A stretch of DNA of 24,000 nucleotides from an uncultured Clostridia bacterium (GCA_944376905.1 CALWEA010000002.1:48655-72654), one strand, 5' to 3'; shown: positions 9,473 through 17,005, counted from the stretch's first letter. The notes: generated by a model not told the origin, from the letters alone. Translations and numbers: made by a program.

Positions 9473-9501
9473 AGTATACAAAATTATATTTTAAATGTCA
9501 A
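9473..9501 (-). promoter_or_regulatory. Sigma-A-type promoter of rplM-rpsI
   Basis: Minus strand reads TTGACA (9501-9496), an exact 17-nt spacer, then TATACT (9478-9473). Confidence 0.6.
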
Positions 9502-9534
9502 GTGTTTTTTATGTTTTTATATAAAATTTCATTT

Positions 9535-10218
9535 TTATAATTCAAAAGATTGTGATTTTGAATTAGAAAATGTTTTAGAAGAATCGATTACTAAAACTTG
9601 GTTTGTATTGTTTATGGTTTGAGGCGACAATTGAAAAGAAGTTAAAAGTTTTTCGCAAGTCTTTTTAATAATAAATAAATTATATTTCAACTCTTCAGGA
9701 CAATTAGGAGATTGTAACATTTTCATTAAATTATTTGAAAAAATATTATATATTCTATAATTAAAACTCAAAGTTTTAAACAAAGTTGTTTTTATATAAT
9801 CTTCTAAATCTAATGTCACATTGTAATTGTTGTTTTTATTTATAATGTTTTGTAAAATTTTATTTTTTTCCACAAATAATAATATTTTATCTAAAATATT
9901 TAAACTATAAAATAAGATTGGGTTAATATTATATAATTTATCTAAAATTTGCTGATGTGTCATTTTTTCATTTTTTTCATTCACTTGGTATTTTGACAGT
10001 GCATCTAAATATATATCTAAAAATGTAAAAGAACTAAAGGGTCTTTCGCAAAAAGGTATAGTATCCTCTTTATTAACAAAGACCTGTATGTATTTGCCTT
10101 TATTTTTATTATTTATTAAAAGAAAATAGCATTCTTTCAAATTTATATCAATCCCCAATCTTTTAGAGTGGTCATTTTTGTTTATAACGTCATTTATATC
10201 TAATATATCTTGTTTCAT
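9535..10218 (-). CDS. Hypothetical protein (orphan, 227 aa, soluble)
   Basis: Long uninterrupted ORF co-oriented with recN, with a weak RBS (TAGGA). No TM segment and no motif I can recognise. It occupies the position directly downstream of recN. Confidence 0.55.
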   Translation of the reverse strand: MKQDILDINDVINKNDHSKRLGIDINLKECYFLLINNKNKGKYIQVFVNKEDTIPFCERPFSSFTFLDIYLDALSKYQVNEKNEKMTHQQILDKLYNINPILFYSLNILDKILLFVEKNKILQNIINKNNNYNVTLDLEDYIKTTLFKTLSFNYRIYNIFSNNLMKMLQSPNCPEELKYNLFIIKKTCEKLLTSFQLSPQTINNTNQVLVIDSSKTFSNSKSQSFEL

Positions 10219-10313
10219 AAAATCCTATAAAAATAATATCTTTATACTAATTTACAATAATTTAAGTATTAAATCAATAAAAAAACAAAAAATAACATTT
10301 TTTTTAATAAATT

Positions 10314-12032
10314 TTATTGTTTTTTAAAATTTTCAGCCCAAGTTTTCAGTTCTTTAGCATGTTCAATAGAGGCAGAACTTTGATAATTCCCACCAGAAAG
10401 TTTAGCAATATGTTTGTAAACTTGAGAATCACTTAATGTTTCTGCAAAAGTAAAAGTTTGCTCTTGTAAAGTCTTTTTTGATATGTAAAAATATTTATCA
10501 GCCATGACTGCAACTTGAGGAAGATGAGTTATACAAATTACTTGAAAATTTTTAGATAATTTTGCTATACGCTCTGCTATTGCTGAGCCAATTTCACCAC
10601 TTATACCAGAATCAATTTCATCAAAAACCAAAGTATTAACTTCATCATTAAGTGCAACTAAATTTTGTAATGCCAACATAAATCTACTTAATTCACCGCC
10701 TGAAATAGTTTGTGATAAAGGTTTTAATGCTTGTCCCTTATTAGCTGAAAACAAAAATTCAACGATATCAATTCCATTGTTATGACAATCTTTACCTGTC
10801 AAGGTTGTATTATTTGATGATAAAGAAAAATTAATTTTAAAGCAACAGTTTTGCATTCCCAATTGACTTAATTCATTTTCAAGTTTTGTTTCCAAATCTT
10901 GCGCTATTTTATGTCTTATTGTTGATAACTCAAAGCATTTGTTTAATAAATTTTGTTCAATAATTTTTAACTCTTTTGACAAACTTTCAATTTTTTTATC
11001 TGCGTTTAATAAATCATCTAATTCTTTTTTTATGTTTTGTAAATATTTTTCAACATCCTCCAATGATGATGTTGAAGATGATGAATATTTCTTTTTTAAA
11101 GATTTTAATGTGTCTAATCTATTATCTAAAACCTCAAATTCATTTTCATTAAATGAAATATTATACAACTCATTGTTAAGACTATTTGATATATCTTGAA
11201 TTTCCAAATAACAACTATTAAGCCTGTATATGTAATTATCCAATTCGGGATAATACATAACAATTTGTTCTAAATTTTTTATTGACAAATTTAATTTTTG
11301 CAAAACAGAATCGTTATATGTTTGTTCCAGATTATCCACAACATTTTTTAATGATTTAGATATTTTTTCTGAGTTTTTCATTATTTCTAATTTTTCTTGA
11401 ATAATTCTATCTTCATCTGGTTTAAAATTAACACTTTCAATTTCGTTAATTTGATAATTTAAAAGTTCTATTTTATAATTACGTTGATTTTCATCTCCAC
11501 CTAAAATTGATATTTGATTATCAATGAATTTGTAAGATTTTAATAAGTCTTGAATTTGTTCTTTAAGTAAAATTGTTTTTTGAGGATTAAAATTGTCCAA
11601 TAAATTTAAATAATTAGATGGCTTTAATAATTGCAAACTTTCATGCTGTCCACAACTATTCACCAAAGTTTCACATAATTCTTTTAACATTGTTAATGAA
11701 ATTATTTTACCATTTAAACGACATTCACTCTTACCTTCTAAATTTAAGTTGCGATTTATAACAATAACATCTTCATTTTCATAGCCAAAATTTTTCAACA
11801 AACAAGATGTTTGTTTTGAATAGTTTTCAAATACAGCTCTTACAGACATAGTGTTTTCACCGCTACGTATATAATTTTTGTTTGCCTTATCACCTAATAT
11901 AAATTTCAGAGCTTTTAATATAATACTTTTTCCCGCTCCTGTTTCTCCAATAAAAACATTAAATCCTTTTATAAAATCCAACTGCAATTCTTTAATAAGT
12001 GCAAAATTTTTTATATTTAATTCTTTTATCAT
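10314..12032 (-). CDS. recN: DNA repair protein RecN (SMC-like ATPase)
   Basis: N-terminal Walker A GETGAGKS, central coiled coil, ABC signature SGGELSR, Walker B LVFDEIDSG. RBS GGAAGGA upstream of ATG 12032. Confidence 0.95.
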   Translation of the reverse strand: MIKELNIKNFALIKELQLDFIKGFNVFIGETGAGKSIILKALKFILGDKANKNYIRSGENTMSVRAVFENYSKQTSCLLKNFGYENEDVIVINRNLNLEGKSECRLNGKIISLTMLKELCETLVNSCGQHESLQLLKPSNYLNLLDNFNPQKTILLKEQIQDLLKSYKFIDNQISILGGDENQRNYKIELLNYQINEIESVNFKPDEDRIIQEKLEIMKNSEKISKSLKNVVDNLEQTYNDSVLQKLNLSIKNLEQIVMYYPELDNYIYRLNSCYLEIQDISNSLNNELYNISFNENEFEVLDNRLDTLKSLKKKYSSSSTSSLEDVEKYLQNIKKELDDLLNADKKIESLSKELKIIEQNLLNKCFELSTIRHKIAQDLETKLENELSQLGMQNCCFKINFSLSSNNTTLTGKDCHNNGIDIVEFLFSANKGQALKPLSQTISGGELSRFMLALQNLVALNDEVNTLVFDEIDSGISGEIGSAIAERIAKLSKNFQVICITHLPQVAVMADKYFYISKKTLQEQTFTFAETLSDSQVYKHIAKLSGGNYQSSASIEHAKELKTWAENFKKQ

Positions 12033-12252
12033 TTTTTCCTTCCATATCTTTGTTATTAAATTAATAAATAACTAATTAATTTTTTTATAGTTATGTTTTA
12101 GTTTGTATTATTTTTTTAAATGTATTTTTATTAATTAAAATATATTTTAAAAATAATTCATTGTTTTTTGTATTAAACATTATTTTTTATTTAATATAAA
12201 TGATATAAATATGTAACTAATTTTAAACTGTGTTATTGTATTATATTGTTAA

Positions 12253-12708
12253 TTATAAAACCAAGTTGTTTAATTTGTTAACAGTGTTTAAAGCTGTGGA
12301 ATTGGAAGGTAAAATAATCATAACAGTATCATCTCCACAAACTGCCCCCAAAATATTTTCAAGATTAAGTTTATCTATAATTCCACATATTGCGCTTGCC
12401 ATTCCCTTTATTGTTTTTATAACGCATAAATTTTGTGCTTCTTTTACGGAAATTACAGCTTCTTTAAATACTGAAATATATTTATTGGAAACTGACTGAT
12501 TTGAGTTTTCAACAACAGCGTATTTATATTTACCACTTTCAGAACTCAAAATTTTTATCAAACCTAATTCTTTTATATCTCTTGAAATTGTTGCTTGAGT
12601 AATGTCAAAATGCGACTGTTTTAAAGCAGAAACTAATTCATCTTGTGTTTCAATTTCATTGGTTGATATGATTTCCAATATTTTTGATTGTCTTGCACTG
12701 CGAGCCAT
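12253..12708 (-). CDS. argR: Arginine repressor ArgR/AhrC
   Basis: Winged-helix N-terminus (RQSKILEIISTNEIETQDELVSALKQSHFDITQATISRDIKELGLIK). C-terminal oligomerisation/arginine-binding domain with a GDDT motif (AVCGDDTVMII). Strong RBS AGGAGG. Located upstream of recN as in Bacillus. Confidence 0.92.
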   Translation of the reverse strand: MARSARQSKILEIISTNEIETQDELVSALKQSHFDITQATISRDIKELGLIKILSSESGKYKYAVVENSNQSVSNKYISVFKEAVISVKEAQNLCVIKTIKGMASAICGIIDKLNLENILGAVCGDDTVMIILPSNSTALNTVNKLNNLVL

Positions 12709-12726
12709 ATTTTCCTCCTAAAGTTT

Positions 12727-12748
12727 AAAAAAACCTTTATTTTAAAGG
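12727..12748 (-). terminator. Small terminator-like hairpin plus U7 just upstream of the argR RBS
   Basis: Minus strand reads CCUUUA-AAA-UAAAGG (12748-12734), followed by U7 (12733-12727). It could be a distal terminator of the upstream unit or an argR leader element. The stem is only 6 bp. Confidence 0.3.
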
Positions 12749-12774
12749 GAATTTTTACACAATGTATATTTATA

Positions 12775-12792
12775 AATGCATAAAAATTCTCT
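12775..12792. promoter_or_regulatory. ARG-box-like operator (site A) upstream of argR
   Basis: aaTGCATaaaaATTCTct matches the 18-nt ARG box consensus WNTGAATWWWWATTCANW at 16/18 positions by hand alignment. It overlaps a possible argR promoter (TTGAGA 12795-12790, 17-nt spacer, TAAATA 12772-12767). Confidence 0.45.
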
Positions 12793-12848
12793 CAAATTAA
12801 GTTATTTTTGATTATTATACATTAAAATTTATAATTATGCAAGTATTA

Positions 12849-12866
12849 ATTGTATATTTATGCAAC
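12849..12866. promoter_or_regulatory. ARG-box-like palindrome (site B)
   Basis: atTGTATatttATGCAac has half-sites TGTAT/ATGCA around a 4-nt AT core. It shares the string tgtatattta with 12763-12772, next to site A. Confidence 0.35.
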
Positions 12867-12940
12867 TCAAAATTTATAAAAATAAAAATAATATTTTTTT
12901 ATTCAAAATAAATTTATAATTATATGTTTTTTTCATAAAT

Positions 12941-12977
12941 ATAAAAAAATAAAACCACTATTAAATTTAGTGATTTT
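12941..12977 (-). terminator. Putative intrinsic terminator overlapping the stop of the OapA-like gene
   Basis: Minus strand reads AAAAUCACUA-aauuuaa-UAGUGGUUUU (one mismatch), followed by a U-rich tract (plus A-run 12943-12949). Confidence 0.45.
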
Positions 12978-13824
12978 TTGTTATATGATATTTGTTATTG
13001 CTCATTATTGTTTTCATTGATATTAATTTTAATTTCTTTTTTTCTTCATAGTTTAAATTTTTATCTTGCTTAATCTCTTGGTCTTTTATAGAATTGTTCT
13101 TTTTGCATTCAAAATTATTTTTTTCATTATCCAAATCATATTTTTTTCGTTTTGATTTTTGGTTTTTGTTATATTTCTTCCTTGAAAAAATACTTAAAAT
13201 TTTACCCATAAACAAAACAACTTTTGTCGCATTGTTTGTTGCGTATTGTTTAAACATTGCCTTACCGCCAATTGTCAAACCAGCTATAACTGCAGAAACT
13301 AGAGAAGCAATAATAATTGATAATGCAGTTGGCGTATTATTATTAACTAAGTATGCTAATACACTCGCGCCCCCTGCCCCACTTAAAACACCACATACAT
13401 CACCAACAACATCTGCACAAAGAGAGGCAATTTTTGCTGAATTTTTTATTAAAAATAGTCCTTCCTTTCCACCTTTAACTTTTCTGGCAGACATAGATTT
13501 AAAGGGCGATTCGTCACAAGCTAAAACAGCGACACCAATCATATCGGTTATAACAGCAATTGATATAAAAATTAAAACCATTAATATAGCGAGAATTATA
13601 CCAGTTCCAGACATAAATAATTCACTTAGAATACCAAAAAACATAGAAAGAGCGAATGCTAGAAAAAATATTTTTACAGTCCATTTCCAATAAGCTTCTT
13701 TTTTATTATGTTCTTTCTTTTTAATTAATTTTTTTGATTTTACATTTAAATTATTATTTAATGTTTCATTTTTATTTTCATCATACGTTTTTGATTGCTC
13801 TTTATTATCTTTATTTTGATTCAT
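12967..13824 (-). CDS. Four-TM membrane protein with Lys/Asn-rich tails; candidate OLE-associated protein OapA
   Basis: Start re-called to ATG 13824 (MNQNKDNKEQ...), because the track extension to 13887 runs into the RNA gene. Four hydrophobic helices: IFFLAFALSMFFGILSELF, GIILAILMVLIFISIAVITDMIGVAVLA, SLCADVVGDVCGVLSGAGGASVLAYL, LSIIIASLVSAVIAGLTIGG. It lies immediately downstream of, and co-oriented with, the structured RNA. That is the arrangement described for OapA, but the family call comes from topology and context only. Confidence 0.55.
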   Translation of the reverse strand: MNQNKDNKEQSKTYDENKNETLNNNLNVKSKKLIKKKEHNKKEAYWKWTVKIFFLAFALSMFFGILSELFMSGTGIILAILMVLIFISIAVITDMIGVAVLACDESPFKSMSARKVKGGKEGLFLIKNSAKIASLCADVVGDVCGVLSGAGGASVLAYLVNNNTPTALSIIIASLVSAVIAGLTIGGKAMFKQYATNNATKVVLFMGKILSIFSRKKYNKNQKSKRKKYDLDNEKNNFECKKNNSIKDQEIKQDKNLNYEEKKKLKLISMKTIMSNNKYHITKNH

Positions 13825-13878
13825 ATATTTAAATAAATAATACCTTTTAAAATAAAATTTATTGATTTTAAAAAAAAA

Positions 13879-14445
13879 CGAAGGCAACGCACTTAGTAAA
13901 CCTTGCAGCTTAGGTTCGGTAGGATTTCCCTATTTTGCACTTTACCGTTACCAGTAAAGCAGTTTCCTTTTACGCAAAACTTACACCGAATCGCCACTTA
14001 GACCGCACTATAATCCCAAGCACGCCAATCATCATTATGATAACAGTCTAGAAGATTTCCTTAACGACTAAGATTACTTATAGTTCCTTTTGCAAATATG
14101 ATTTCAAAAGTCTATTTAAAAAAAACAAGGCCAATGTTTTTTTCAACATAACAACTTTTTCCCAACATATCCACTCAGAGCAGGCTACACTACACATAAC
14201 TTTGCGCCATATGTAGGTTTCTATCCTAAAAAGTAAAATTATTTCTCTTTTCACTTTTTTAGGTCTCCACGAAAACCGGATTAAAATTGTATGCCATTAC
14301 AATCATCCGATAATCTTAACTCCCAGCACAAACCCCAATTTGGGCAAAAGAAGCTTGCACAAGGAACTTCACAGTTGTGCCCTTTAGCGCTTTTTTCATC
14401 GCCCTCTAAGCAATTTTCATCGACTAGAATACTGCACCTTCGCAA
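13879..14445 (-). ncRNA. Large structured non-coding RNA, candidate OLE (ornate, large, extremophilic) RNA
   Basis: ORF-free G+C island: 23/60 and 27/60 G+C in 13921-13980 and 13981-14040, versus 8/60 in spacer 14521-14580. Its own promoter lies at 14451-14479. Terminal pairing: CGAAGG+UGCAG (14442-14432) with CUGCA (13908-13904) and CCUUCG (13884-13879). Several internal hairpins are present, and one (14190-14216) needs a G.U pair that exists only in minus-strand sense. The context xseA-xseB-RNA-4TM protein matches the OLE locus. Confidence 0.65.
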
Positions 14446-14450
14446 TAATT

Positions 14451-14479
14451 ATTATATCATAAATTATAAAAAAAAACAA
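14451..14479 (-). promoter_or_regulatory. Sigma-A-type promoter driving the structured RNA
   Basis: Minus strand reads TTGTTT (14479-14474), a 17-nt spacer, then TATAAT (14456-14451). The predicted start near 14444-14446 falls a few nt before the 5' arm of the closing helix. Confidence 0.55.
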
Positions 14480-14649
14480 GTGTAGTTATAAAAATTATTT
14501 AACAAATTACATATATAACTAAATTTACTAAATAAGCAATAAAATAAATTAGCAATTAACTAAAATATTATATGGTTAAATTATTATAATTTGTAATAAG
14601 ATAAATAAGATAAAATTAATATTTATATATTTATTTAAATTTTAATTAG

Positions 14650-14937
14650 TTAATTTTTAAAAATTTGTTCAATATTATTTTTAATAATTGTAATCTTCCC
14701 CTCTATTGTATTAAAGGAATTATTGCAAATTTTTAACAATTTTTCACCTTCTTCATATAATTTTATAACATTTTCTAAATCATTATTACCATTTTCCAAT
14801 TTTTCTATTATACTATCAAGCTTTCGAGATGCTTCTTCATAGCTTAACGTTTGTTCACTTTCTATATCATTGCAATTTTGCCTTGGTTTATTGTTGATAG
14901 ATTTATTATCATTTAACTTATTTTTTTTATTTTCCAT
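14650..14937 (-). CDS. xseB: Exodeoxyribonuclease VII small subunit
   Basis: Core LSYEEASRKLDSIIEKLENGNNDLENVIKLYEEGEKLLKICNNSFNTIEGKI is the XseB helical hairpin pattern, preceded by a ~30-aa N/K-rich extension. It starts 10 nt after the xseA stop. Confidence 0.88.
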   Translation of the reverse strand: MENKKNKLNDNKSINNKPRQNCNDIESEQTLSYEEASRKLDSIIEKLENGNNDLENVIKLYEEGEKLLKICNNSFNTIEGKITIIKNNIEQIFKN

Positions 14938-14947
14938 TGCTCCCTCA

Positions 14948-16054
14948 CTACTCTAATACTTTTGCACTAACACAACCATCAAGAAAACAAATATTAATTT
15001 TATCATCTTTATTAAGTTGTTTTTTTGAAATTATAGTTTTATTATTTTTATTGATTTTAACATATCCCATTTTTAAAATTTTTTCTGGAGATAAATTATC
15101 CAATTTTGCAGATTTTAAAGATAATGCATGTTTAAAATTTTGCAGAACCAAATCAATTATTTTGTTTAATTTTATTTTTTTGACATTTATTTCATAAATT
15201 TTATTTGCTAAAATATTTTCTCCTGTTAAAATAAGTTTTTTAGCTTTATTTATTAAATTTGTTTTTTTAACTAAAATATCTTCAACTGCCAATTCAGCCG
15301 CAGCACTTGGTGTAGGAGCTCTTAAATCTGCGACAAAATCTAAAATTGTGTAATCTGTTTCATGCCCAATTGCAGAAATAATAAATTTATTACTGCTAAC
15401 AACTTTTCTAGCCAAAACTTCAGAATTAAAACAATTTAAATCTTCGAATGACCCACCGCCTCTTGCAATTATTATTAAATCTACATTATAATCCTCAAAA
15501 AATTCTATTCCCTCACTTACTTCAAAATCACTTCCATCTCCCTGTACCTTAACAGGATAAACAACTAAATCAATAAAAGGATTTCTTCTTTTTGAAATTG
15601 TTATAATATCTTCAATAACCGCTCCTGTTTCAGATGTTATAACCCCAATTCTTTTGATAGATGATGGAAACGGTTTTTTTCTACTTTCATCGAAAAGACC
15701 TTCCTTTTGAAGCCTATTTTTTGTTTCTAAAAACTTTTGATACAAATCACCCTGTCCTAAAAAAGAAACATTGTTAACAATAAAAGAAAGCTTTCCTCCT
15801 TTTACATAAAATTTAGGAGTACCTTTAACAATTATATTGTCGCCATTTTTAATTAAAAGACATTTGCTAGATTCAAAACATATACACGGCAAAATACAAA
15901 ACTCATCTTTTAAATCAAAATAAGAAATACCTCGAATTGTTTTTAATCCGGAAATTTCTCCTTTAACAGAAATATTATACAACATTTCTTCTGCATCAAA
16001 AATTTGTTTAATGTAATTTCCTAACTGACTAACAGTTATGACAATTTCTTGCAT
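14948..16054 (-). CDS. xseA: Exodeoxyribonuclease VII large subunit
   Basis: N-terminal OB-fold region (VSQLGNYIKQIFD...ISVKGEISGLK) and the catalytic-domain hallmark IIARGGGSFEDL. At 368 aa it is on the short side for the family. Confidence 0.9.
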   Translation of the reverse strand: MQEIVITVSQLGNYIKQIFDAEEMLYNISVKGEISGLKTIRGISYFDLKDEFCILPCICFESSKCLLIKNGDNIIVKGTPKFYVKGGKLSFIVNNVSFLGQGDLYQKFLETKNRLQKEGLFDESRKKPFPSSIKRIGVITSETGAVIEDIITISKRRNPFIDLVVYPVKVQGDGSDFEVSEGIEFFEDYNVDLIIIARGGGSFEDLNCFNSEVLARKVVSSNKFIISAIGHETDYTILDFVADLRAPTPSAAAELAVEDILVKKTNLINKAKKLILTGENILANKIYEINVKKIKLNKIIDLVLQNFKHALSLKSAKLDNLSPEKILKMGYVKINKNNKTIISKKQLNKDDKINICFLDGCVSAKVLE

Positions 16055-16090
16055 TTTTATATTCCAATTTGTATATTAAAAATATTTATA

Positions 16091-16141
16091 AAAATAATTA
16101 AAAATGTTTATTAAAAATAATTAAAAATGTTTATTAAAAAT
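16091..16141. repeat. 23-nt tandem direct repeat (2.2 copies) in the nusB-xseA spacer
   Basis: aaaataattaaaaatgtttatta occurs at 16091-16113 and is repeated exactly at 16114-16136, with a partial third copy. A second short repeat, atcacttaaa, follows at 16145-16154 and 16159-16168. Confidence 0.8.
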
Positions 16142-16217
16142 TGTATCACTTAAAGTGCATCACTTAAAATGATTATAAAACAAAATAAATAACAAAAATT
16201 TATAGTTTAATTCTATT

Positions 16218-16631
16218 TTAAAAGGTTATTTTAGCCAAAACTCCGTTTATAAATGATGCACTTTTTTCAGTTGAATATTGCTTAGCTATTTTTAAAATTT
16301 CATCTATAACTATTGGTTTTGGTGTGTTTAAATAAACTATTTCTGTAACACCCATATTCAAAAGAGCTAAATCGGTTTTATAAATTCTATCAATTTCATA
16401 ATTAACTATAGAATTTTCTATAATATTTTTTATATTATCTTTATTTTTGCAAAACGCAATAAATAATTCTTTTGCAAATTCCTTATCATTTTCAGTCAAA
16501 TTTTCTAAATCTGTTAAATATGAAAATATTTCTTTAAATTTATTTTCACATTCTTGATTATCTAAATCTATTTGCTCAAAAAAATTTATATAAATTAAAT
16601 TAAAAACTGCTATTCGTGCTTGTGTTCTCAT
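16218..16631 (-). CDS. nusB: Transcription antitermination factor NusB
   Basis: N-terminus MRTQARIAVFNLIY plus the all-helical NusB pattern (KTDLALLNMGVTEIVYLNTPKPIVIDEILKIAKQY). RBS AAGGAAG upstream of 16631. The start overlaps the 3' end of the asp23 gene by 32 nt. Confidence 0.85.
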   Translation of the reverse strand: MRTQARIAVFNLIYINFFEQIDLDNQECENKFKEIFSYLTDLENLTENDKEFAKELFIAFCKNKDNIKNIIENSIVNYEIDRIYKTDLALLNMGVTEIVYLNTPKPIVIDEILKIAKQYSTEKSASFINGVLAKITF

Positions 16632-16995
16632 TGTTTTCTTCCTTTCCTATAATAACATTAACAATGTGTATATTAATATTATCTGATTTTAAATTTATCA
16701 TGGACATTATATTGTTTTTTATATTTTCTTGTACCCTAAAACAAACATCTGGCGCATTATAATTATGATAAACATCAATGTAAACATCAATGGTAATTGT
16801 TTTATCATTATTGAATTTAACTTTAATTCCACTAAAATCTTTATTTTTGAATATTGGCAAACCAACTTTACTAATTCCCGCAACACCATTTATTTCTGTT
16901 GTAGCCAAATTTATAATAGATAATAAAATATTTTTATTACAATTAACATTCTCTATTTGTATATTACTTTCATTGTTATTCATAAATTTCTCCAA
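16600..16995 (-). CDS. Asp23/Gls24 family envelope-stress (alkaline shock) protein, YqhY-like
   Basis: The family pattern ...ATTEINGVAGI...GIKVKF....ITIDVYIDVYHNYNAPDVCFRVQENIKNNI is present. RBS TGGAGA. Sits directly upstream of nusB, as yqhY does in Bacillus. Confidence 0.8.
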   Translation of the reverse strand: MEKFMNNNESNIQIENVNCNKNILLSIINLATTEINGVAGISKVGLPIFKNKDFSGIKVKFNNDKTITIDVYIDVYHNYNAPDVCFRVQENIKNNIMSMINLKSDNINIHIVNVIIGKEENNENTSTNSSF

Positions 16996-17005
16996 TCAAA
17001 GAAGT

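Noticed and set aside
12033-12252. An SOS (LexA/Cheo box, GAAC-N4-GTTC) operator upstream of recN in the 220-bp argR-recN spacer.
   Set aside because: I read the spacer and found no GAAC or GTTC half-site at all. recN may be co-transcribed with argR or regulated differently. No claim is made.
13879-14445. Alternative identities for the structured RNA: RNase P RNA, tmRNA, SRP/6S RNA, a group II intron, or an rRNA fragment.
   Set aside because: There is no GGAAAGUCC-type RNase P core, no tRNA-like 3' end (..GGUUCGA..CCACCA), and no tag reading frame for tmRNA. It is far too long for SRP or 6S RNA. It has no intron-encoded ORF and no domain V-like terminal motif that I can see. No similarity to 16S or 23S conserved strings.
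14291-14485. A 64-aa + strand ORF inside the G+C island.
   Set aside because: It is antisense to the structured RNA and has no RBS. Its composition (Q/S/P/L-rich) reflects the locally raised G+C content. The helices and promoter support a minus-strand RNA instead.
16600-16631. The 32-nt overlap between asp23 and nusB, considered as a possible frameshift or fusion.
   Set aside because: Both proteins have complete family-typical termini, and nusB has its own RBS (AAGGAAG) inside the asp23 tail. This is an ordinary overlap in a compact genome.
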